DNA of 64,000 nucleotides from Salpingoeca rosetta (lineage: Eukaryota; Protista; Choanoflagellata): assembly GCA_033442325.1 (NCBI GenBank), contig JAWQFM010000029.1, positions 1 through 64,000 on the forward strand, written 5' to 3'. Made by a program: the position numbers and the translations under genes. This document shows, one piece after another, positions 55,401 to 64,000 of the stretch (within the stretch, counting starts at the first letter, position 1; each line of letters opens with the position of its first letter). Under the pieces are notes generated by a model, which searched no databases, was not told the DNA's origin, and saw nothing but the letters and a program-made list of their open reading frames with translations.

Positions 55401-58400
55401 TGTGTGCGATCCAGCCACGCAGTTCCAAGCGACTGCACCAACCTCCGTCTCCGATCGACAATGCGCAAATATCACTGCATGTGGCGCTGCAACACAGTAC
55501 GAGACTGCAGCAGCTACGCCAACATCCGATCGCACCTGTGCACGCTTGCTCCTGTGCGGCCCATCACAGTACGAGGTGCGTGCGCCAACACCAACGACAG
55601 ACCGCGTGTGCCAAACCGCCAACTTCACGTCCGTCGTCCACGCCACCGTAACTACGCAAACAGTAGCCTCAGGGCTGGCGCCTGCTGCCGCCCGCGTGCC
55701 TTTCTCTCAACCCGCCCTGCTCCCTGTCAGCGTTGCCGGCACAGGGCGCGCAGAGGTGGCTCTGCCCAACACAGACGTGGCCGCGTCGGCGACATACAGC
55801 CTTGCCGCCGTCGCTGCACTCAACATCACAGACGCCATCACAGCAACAGCAGACGTGTACCACGACAGCAGCAGCGTTGTAATTCACGCGCGTGTTGCAG
55901 ACGCCCTGGGTGACACCACCAACATCCTCCCCGGTACGCTCACCGCCGAGGTGGTGGCGGATGCACAGCTGACGACTGCCCTGACCACCGTTGGCAGCAC
56001 AGCACCCCACACCCTCACCTGCACCTGCGCCGTGCGGTCACAGACACACGGGCTGTGCCAGGCAACATGCAGCGTGCCTCAGGACTGGTTCACAGCACTG
56101 GCAGTCGGCACCACTGCGTCTGCCTCCATCGCTGTCCAGGCAAGCAGCACGGGCAGCGCAAGGGCATCCCCACGCCGCACCATCGCCGCTGTCACCGTGC
56201 ACGGCAGCAGCGCCGCTGTGACCCCGCCCACCAACGCCATTTTCCTGCGCCTGCCCGAGGCGCCTGTTGCGCCCGGCGACGCTGCGACTGTGCAGGTGGG
56301 CGCCCGCCTCTCCGCCTTCCCGCTCGGCGGCTTTGTGGTGAAGCTCGAGTGTGCAGACGCGGCCGGCAAGGCCACGTTTGGCGCCGTTGCCATTGACGAC
56401 ACCACCTGGAGCAGCTTCGCGGCCGGGGAGGGAACGTCGGCTGTCAGCATCGGCGCTGTGCTCGCTGAGGGAGCGGCGCAGGTGAGTGGCCAGGACGATG
56501 CAGCGGTCCTGTTCACAGTGGCACTGAACCTGGACGATGACGCCGCAACCACAGTCCAGACACTCCTCAACATCAACCTAACGGTGAGTGAGGTGCTCGA
56601 CAACGCCAACAACATCCGCACCACCGCCACCCGCACGTATGCTGTGGACTTTACGGGTCTCGCCTCCTCCGTGCTCTCCTCTGCAGGCCCGGTCACCGGC
56701 GCTGTCCGCATCCGCCCTGTGCGTGCTGTCGGCGCTGTGTCGTTTGTAAGCACCACGCCCCGCATCCTCAACACAGCACCGCTCACGGGCGTCAGCGACG
56801 CCGCCGCATTCAGCATCGACACGCGCCTCGTATTGTCGGACGGCCAGCTGGTGTCTACAGCTACATCTGCACTTGCCGCTACAACAACGGTGCAGCAGTG
56901 TGCTGTTGCGTCTGGGCCGCCGACACTGGTGTCGCTGGAGCAGGACTGCAGCGGTGGCGTGGTCTCCACGCTGGACACGAGTGGCGGCACGGCTGTTCTG
57001 GAGATCAGTACCACCACCACGCTGGGCAGGGCTGCTGCTGCAGTGCTCACGCGCCGTGTGCTGGTGGAGGTGTGGAGCCCACGACTGCCGTTGATGGTGG
57101 CCACCGCGCCAAGCGTGCTTCGGCCCATTGCTGGGTGGCGTGAGCCTGCGGCCAACAGCGCCAACTCCTCCACATGTGATGCCCCGCGCTGGCAAACCCC
57201 GCATGTGCAGGTGACGGCGACATTTGCGTCCGGCGACCAAGAAGTGTCCGCTGTGGATGTCACCGGGCTTGTCGCTGCCGGCATCACCGCCAACGACACG
57301 ACCGTGCTTGCCGCCGCTAATGAGGATGAAGTCGGTGTGGCAGCGCTGCGGCCTCTTCGGGCACTGCGGAGCGGCGCTGTGCGTGTTATGGTCGTGCGTG
57401 CTGGGGACGGCATTGGCTCAGGCACCGTACTGGGCGAGGCAGCTCAGGCGACTGTAGTCGTGGATCCGGCAACGACGCCTGATGCGTACATCGGATGGCA
57501 GGGCATTGATGCCGTGGCCGTGAGCAATGTGGACCTAAGGCCCGTAAGTGGTAGTGACCCAGCCGGGGCAGGCTGGCTCGACGCAGTTGTGTTTGAGGTG
57601 GCGGTGGCCACGCACGCGCTGCGGGCAGAGGGTGCGTCCACTGCGCTCCTTGCGAGTCTCGTGCTGGAGGATGGGTGGCGGGAGCCGCTGGTGCCGGCCC
57701 GCGACGTCCTCTTCACCAGCATGGCTGCAGACCAGATCACCATTGACGCGGGCAACAGAGCCACTGTTGCTGTCGGCGCGACGAGCGGGTCGCGGGAGCT
57801 GGTGGCGGCCCAGCTCACGTCCACGGCAGTCGACGCTGCAACGGGCAACAACGCCGCCTGCGTGCCTCGCGTGCGCGCAAACGTGACGCTCGACCTCGAC
57901 CTGCCGGCCCCGACAGGCGTGCGGGTGAGCGGTGTTGTTTCTCGCATCACGCCCGCAGGTGACGCCGCTGCGCTGGCCGGCATTGCAACTGGCTTCAGCA
58001 TTGGTGTGGCGGTTGCTTTTGAGGACGGCACGGAGCGGGATATGACGACAGATGGGCGTGTGACAGCAACGGTGGCCCCGTCTGCTGCTGGTGCTACTGT
58101 AGAGCGGGGAGCCAACGGCGCGCTTCGCGTGGAGGCCATTGCCGCAGCACCAAACTCGCCGTCCATATCGCTGGTGACAGTGGCTTTTGATGGCGGTAAC
58201 GGACCCGCGTCCGTCGTCAACACCACGTTCCAGGTGCTGACAGTCAAATACACGGCCCTCCGCACAACGGCACGCCCCTTTCCAGCGTACGCGGGATCGC
58301 AGAGCGTCAGCGTGACTGAGCTTGCTCCCATCAACGGCACGGCTCCGCTTCAGTACCAGCGCGCACAGCTGGCGACAGCCATGATGCTGGACGATGGCAG

Positions 58401-61400
58401 TGAGCTTGCGCTTGATGCCGGTGACGTGGTGTATGCGGTGCGCCGTGCAGATGACGATGACAGTGCAGCACAACTGCTGCAGGGCGCAGTGGTGGAGCCA
58501 TCAACGCCAGGAAACATCACCGTGCTCGCAACGGCATTTGGATCATTTGAAGAGAGCCCTCGCTTTGGCCTGAGCGTGGTCGACGATGCAGTGCACGTGG
58601 TTGCGCTCCGCTCCCTCAGCACCACCTCTGGTATCGCGTTGACTTCACAGCAGGGGCAGACTGCAGGCTTTGCTGTCTGTGCGGCGGAGCTTAGCGATGG
58701 CACGCAGCTGCCACAGCTGTACTCCAACGGCCGTGCCCAGTATCCGAGTCTCATTCAACTGTCGGTGTCTGACGCAGATGTGCTGCGCATCAACAGCACC
58801 ACGGGGGAAGTTGTGCTGCTTGCCAACAGCCCAGGCGTGCTGCAGATTGTCGCACAGGTCACGTCGGCGCCCTCTGTTGTGACCACGACCGACGTGTCGT
58901 GCAACCTCCAGCCTGCGCTCGGCGACGTGGACGTCGGCCAGATGTCTGGTGTACCGGTCCCTGGCCCGCTGTCCATCGGCGACGAGCTGCAGGTGCAAGT
59001 GCGCGTCAACACAGGGAGCACGGACATTGGCTCGTTTACCATGGAGCTGCAGTATGATGCTTCTATTGTGTCGTTTGTTGGCGCTGATGCGACGTTTGGG
59101 GGAAGCCTGGAGGCCACGGACGATGGCCAGGGCTCGTTGCGTCTCGGTGGTGTTGTGTCTTCGAGCGGCGTTGGCGGGAGCGCTGCTGCCATTGCTCACG
59201 TTACGTTCCAGGCCGTCAGCGCTGGCGCGTTTGTGGTTGAGGGCGCGGTGACGGACTTGTTGGACCGCCAGCTTCCATCGCAACCGATTGTGGCGGGCCT
59301 GCCGTCTGCGGTTGTTGCTGGACGCGTGTGGATTTCGGTCACCGGTGCCGACGGTGGAGAGCAGCAGAGACGAAGGCGTTCGGGGGTGCGGCTGCCGGTA
59401 CCACCACCCCAGTCCCTGGCGCAGCCACGGCGGCGGCGCAACGCAGACAGCGACCCGTTTGCAAGTGCAGCGGACGTGGACGGCGATGGGCGGTTCACAA
59501 TTGGAGACGCGTTCTTCACGCTGCGGTATGTGGTGCTGGAGACGCAAGAGTTTGCCGGGGCGGACGGAGCGGCGGTGCAGGCCATTCTGGCCGAGGACCC
59601 CCGGCGACGCAGCGCACTCGACGCAGACCGGGACGGCACTGTGCGTCTGCGCGACAGCAGGCTGCAGAGCCAAGTAGCCACTGGCAAAGCGGTGTTCCTC
59701 GGCAGCATCCCAGGCGTGGACGTTGCCGTAAACCAAGACACGTCAGCATGTGGCGTTTCCGTGAGCGCAACTGTGTTTGAGCCTGGCCTTGGCGGAGCTG
59801 CTGCCTCCTCGACACGGGTGTTTGTGTTGGTTGATGGGCTTGCGCAAGACGGGGGCACAACCGCCACCCTGCTATCGCTGCCTGGCACTGGCACTGGCAT
59901 TGATGTGGCACAGCTGTCACCGGCTCTGTCCGACGCTGTCGCTGTGTACGGCAGCGAGCCTGGGGCGCAGGCTGTGCTGCTCGAGGCTGTGCCATCAAAT
60001 GCAAGTGCACCCGTGAGCGCTGTGTACACGGCTCTCTTGCCACCTGCTGTGGATACGCAGCTCATTGGCGTGTCGGTGTTTGCGGTTGTGTCACGTGGTG
60101 TGCGGACGTACGCAACGTTCTTCGGCAACCAGGCAACGACGGGTGCGCCTGTCGTGCCCTCAAGGCGCACCGAGACTGTGCGCGCATTTGCCAACGCAGA
60201 CGTGGACGCCGCAGTCCTAGATACGGGGCTTGATTCTGGCTACAACCCCCTCACCACCGCAGCCCTCAACAACACGCGCGCGCAGCAGTATTGTATCCGA
60301 CAATGCGTGGCCACGGGCGACGATGTCGTGTCTGCCTACTTTTACAACACGACCGCGTTCACGTGTGTTTCCACCAGCACATGCGACACGCTGAGTGAGT
60401 ACGAAAGTGAGCCAGCAACGAGCACAAGCAACAGAGAATGTGAGCCGCTGAGAGCTTGTGACGCAGCAACAGAGTACGAGACGGCAGCACCAACAGCAAC
60501 GTCTGATCGCACCTGTGCCAACGTCACAGCGTGTGATGCAGCTACAGAGTACGAGACGGCAGCACCAACAGCAACGTCTGATCGCACCTGTGCCAACGTC
60601 ACAGCTTGTGACGCAGCAACAGAGTACGAGACGGCAGCACCAACAGCAACGTCTGATCGCACCTGTGCCAACGTCACAGCGTGTGATGCAGCTACAGAGT
60701 ACGAGACGGAAGCACCAACAGCAACGTCTGACCGCACCTGTGCCAACGTCACAGCGTGTGACGCAGCAACAGAGTACGAGACGGCAGCACCAACAGCAAC
60801 GTCTGATCGCACCTGTGCCAACGTCACAGCGTGTGATGCAGCTACAGAGTACGAGACGGAAGCACCAACAGCAACGTCTGACCGCACCTGTTCCAACGTC
60901 AACACTTGCAGCATCGAGCAATACGAGACGGCAGCACCAACAGCAACGTCTGACCGCACCTGTGCCAACGTCACGTCTTGTGCAGGTGACCAGTACGAGA
61001 TAGCAGCACCAACAGCAACGTCTGACCGCACGTGCGCCAACGTCACAGCGTGTGATGCAGCAACAGAGTACGAGACGGCAGCACCAACAGCAACGTCTGA
61101 CCGCACGTGCGCCAACGTCACAGCGTGTGATACAGCAACACAGTACGAGATAGCAGCACCAACAGCCACGTCTGATCGCACCTGTTCCAACGTCAACACT
61201 TGCAGCATCGAGCAATACGAGACGGCAGCACCAACAGCCACGTCTGACAGAGAGTGCGCCAATCTCACTGTGTGCGATCCAGTCACGCAGTTCCAAGCAA
61301 CTGCACCAACAGCCACATCCGACAGGCTTTGCGCGAACTTGACTTCTAGTTCAACTCAGAGTCCAACAGCAGCTGCTGCTATTGCTTCTGTTCAAATTCC

Positions 61401-62922
61401 GGAAGCATCAAACCTTGGGCTAGCTGTGTCTGTGCTTGGCGCCCTTGTGTGTTGTTTTGGTTTGGTTCGGACGGTTCGTACACCAGTGTGGCCACTGTTT
61501 CTTTCACTCGCTCTGTGCCACGTGTACTTCGGCGTTGAGTCCGTTGCACTGTCCGACGACATTTCGTTTTCTCTTGTTGCGGACCGGTGCCTCGCCCTCG
61601 GCGCTTTCAAGCTTGCGCTTTCATTGAGTTGTCTCTGGTAAGATTGCTGATGGGATGATGTGTCCAGTTCACCTTGTGCCTGCATTTGATTCGCTATGTG
61701 TTACTCACTTTCTCCACTTGCTTCTTTCGCTAGCTGGCTTGGTGCATGCGTCCTTCAGTCGTCCACCGACATCAATCCTTTCACGTTGCGTCCTCTCGGG
61801 CTCTTTGCCATCGTCTGCGGTCAGTGCGCTCCTAGTGCAGCTTTGAGTGTTTGTTCCAAGCAGTGTAGAGCCTAGGTCCACGCGCCTGCTGTACTCACCA
61901 ACATTACTTTGCTATCCGCCTACAGCCATTCCAATCACAACTGCTGTTGCCCTCGTCGCTGCCGCGCCGTCCTCATTTGGAGCGTCGACCGGCTGGTAAG
62001 TGTATTGGAGGTGTTGCACCACATGAAACGATCAACTGCGCGTGGGTGTGGGCCGTCGCTGTGCCAACTTTACTCACACCAGGTACGCCTTGCTCGCTTC
62101 GCTTTTGACAGGTGTGACCTCCATCAACCGCTAGCACGAGGCCTCGCTGGTATTCTGGCGTCCTGTACTCTGGGCTTTTCCCCGCTGATTTACGCGAGCA
62201 TACGACGCATCCGTCACCGCCGCCAGTTCTTCATGGGCGACATTGTTGATGATTTGTTTGGGAACGAGTCTCGCATCCAGCGGCCGTTGCTGGCTGCTGC
62301 CATCCTCCTCGTTGTCGCCAACCGCGTCTCACTCAACCTTCCAGTGCATCTGAGTGTGGATGACGATATTCCAGAGCACATGCCAGTGGTGAACGTCATG
62401 TGTGCGGTTGCGTTGACGGCGGTGTCCCTGGTCTTCTTGTGCACGCGTCTTGGTCGATCAGATAACAACGGCAGCAACAAGGGCGGTCTTGCTGGATATG
62501 CTTCACCCAACAACAGTGGAGACCCATCCAAATTCGTTCATTTGAACACCATGCCTGCAGATGATGTTCCACGCAGCTTTGTCAGCCGCATTAGCAAACG
62601 AGGCGCGTTCTCGCCTTCAACACCCGCTCACCTACCAGGCAGCATCAGCAGGAGCATGCTGACTTCCTTCCGTTATCTTCCACGGTACGAAAATGACAGC
62701 AGTTCTGACGATGTGTCAGGCATGAGTATCTCGGACAAAGTGCACGAGGACGTCAGTGGCATTCACGAGGATACATCTTCCTCTTCGATTCTAAGAGGTT
62801 TGACGTCACTGGACATTAGCGATGGGGGGGAATCGATCGACTTGTTCCCAGTTGCAATCGATCGACAGGAGGTTGAGAACGCCGATGTGGAAAGTATTGA
62901 GGACAATGTTGTTGTGGTTTGA
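52457..62922 (+). CDS. Giant (~3209 aa) adhesion-GPCR-like receptor: signal peptide, Cys-rich repeats, TMEM132-like region, cohesin-like, RRRR x2, dockerin-like, Cys-rich repeats, 7TM, cytoplasmic tail (exons 52457-52589, 52925-53017, 53201-61637, 61734-61819, 61926-61995, 62112-62922)
   Basis: Six exons join in frame at GT-AG sites (9630 nt). Signal peptide RLRFLLILLFSALLGFATFTHG. Seven hydrophobic segments appear after splicing, with Cys at the top of TM3 (DRC) and in ECL2 (GWC). Domain motifs are detailed in findings. Confidence 0.85.
53452..55617 (+). repeat. ~75-bp coding tandem array 1 (~29 units, C..V..C....EYE.APTATSDR.C)
   Basis: Recurrent gagtacgagacggcagcaccaacagcaacgtctgaccgcacctgtgccaacgtcacag; near-identical units at 54530-55390. 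Confidence 0.95.
60361..61340 (+). repeat. ~75-bp coding tandem array 2 (~13 units, same consensus as array 1)
   Basis: Same unit sequence, immediately upstream of TM1. Confidence 0.95.
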
Positions 62923-63761
62923 ATGCTTTGCGGTGACGTTTTTGAAGATCACGAGTGTGTACTGGTGTGCTTTCTGAATTGTAACGTGCGCTGTGTTACC
63001 TTCTAATAAATATGACCTTGTTTTCAGTTGACTGACACGCATGACAGACATGCTACAACGAAATTTCTTCCAAATTCATAAAACCAAAGCAAGCAAAACC
63101 AATGCAGAACCGCTTGAATGTTGAATGTTACGAGGACAGCCAGTGTTCCTGCATTGACTCACTGTGTGTGATGGCACTCAATGATTTCTAAGATCCAGCA
63201 TGTTGTAGACAGGGTAGAGTGCATCACATGGAATTCACTGCCATTCTGCTAAAACACGGTGTGTGTGTGTGTGTTTTACTGTAGGCAAACGCAACAAACA
63301 AGAACACAAGGAGAATGAACAAGCACAACAAGCTGCCGCCAAATCAACTCGGGCAGCATGCTCAAACAAACACAAGACTAGTGCACACACAGTCAATGGC
63401 GCTGCCAAGGCGACATGGGCAGCGTGTGCACGAACACAAACAATCTAAACAATGAGCAGCATGCATACATGCGCGCAGAGCAATGCTAGGCATGGCATGA
63501 ATGCTTGCAGGCAAGCATACACAACAGACAACACTTCACAACACTGCATGGTACGCACACATAGCATTTGCCAAACATGGCGAGCATGCACACACACACA
63601 CATGGCACACAACTCACGTGTGTAGGGGAAGGAGGAGAGGAGAGGCAGTTGGCACACATGCATGCCAGCAGAGTGGAAGGAATGTTTGCCAACGGAAAAA
63701 CCACAAAGCAGGTGTTGTTGGCAAACAAGACAAAACCACATGAGAAGGCAAATTAGGAAGG

Positions 63762-63831
63762 ACTCAACACAAAACAGAAACTCACTGACTCTCAACACTC
63801 AACACAAAACAGAAACTCACTCACTCTCAAC
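63762..63831 (+). repeat. Two tandem copies of a ~35-bp unit (actcaacacaaaacagaaactcact.actctcaac)
   Basis: Seen directly; followed by an abrupt switch to GC-rich coding-like sequence. Confidence 0.8.
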
Positions 63832-64000
63832 AAACTTCCGCGGCCACTGCGCGCAGCAGTGCCGCAAGCTGCAGGCGGCCAAGCGCTACCACGTCATCGA
63901 CGTGCGGCAGATCCTGGCTACGCTTCGCAACCACGGCAACGGCAACGGCAAGCGGCCAGGATCCTCTCGCCCGCAGCACGGACGAGCAGCTCCATTCAAG

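Noticed and set aside
53452-61340. 75-bp repeat arrays as CRISPR or satellite DNA
   Set aside because: No unique spacers, the units are in-frame codon multiples within one ORF, the context is eukaryotic and there are no cas genes.
63832-64000. GC-rich coding-like stretch (NFRGHCAQQCRKLQAAKRYHVIDVRQILATLRNH)
   Set aside because: No start codon or clear acceptor, truncated by the window edge, and no family recognised.

Overview
Eukaryotic genomic DNA with GT-AG introns stuffed with (CA)n/(GT)n microsatellites and five N gaps. Gene content and intron style suggest a choanoflagellate, probably Salpingoeca rosetta (inference, not verified). Bases ~1-15,000 are low-complexity DNA plus decayed fragments: a GH3 beta-xylosidase-like gene, a Cys-rich repeat gene and a FANCD2-like piece. 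Nine genes were spliced by hand after that: a HET/TIR-like-TPR-PH protein (-), a small 2-TM glycoprotein (+), a TIR-SAM-LRR-Roc-COR protein with one LRR per exon (-), a GT25-like glycosyltransferase (-), a SHOCT-domain protein (+), serine palmitoyltransferase LCB2 (-), oligopeptidase B (+), a WIPI3/4-type PROPPIN with an ~830-aa acidic tail (-), and a ~3,200-aa receptor (+). The receptor is the most striking item. It has Cys-rich repeat arrays, a TMEM132-like region, and a cohesin-like and a dockerin-like domain separated by two RRRR convertase sites. It ends in a secretin/adhesion-GPCR-like 7TM with no GAIN/GPS domain. Second is the ~12 kb cluster holding two innate-immune-like receptors with TIR-fold effectors. 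All domain calls are by motif recognition, without database searches.
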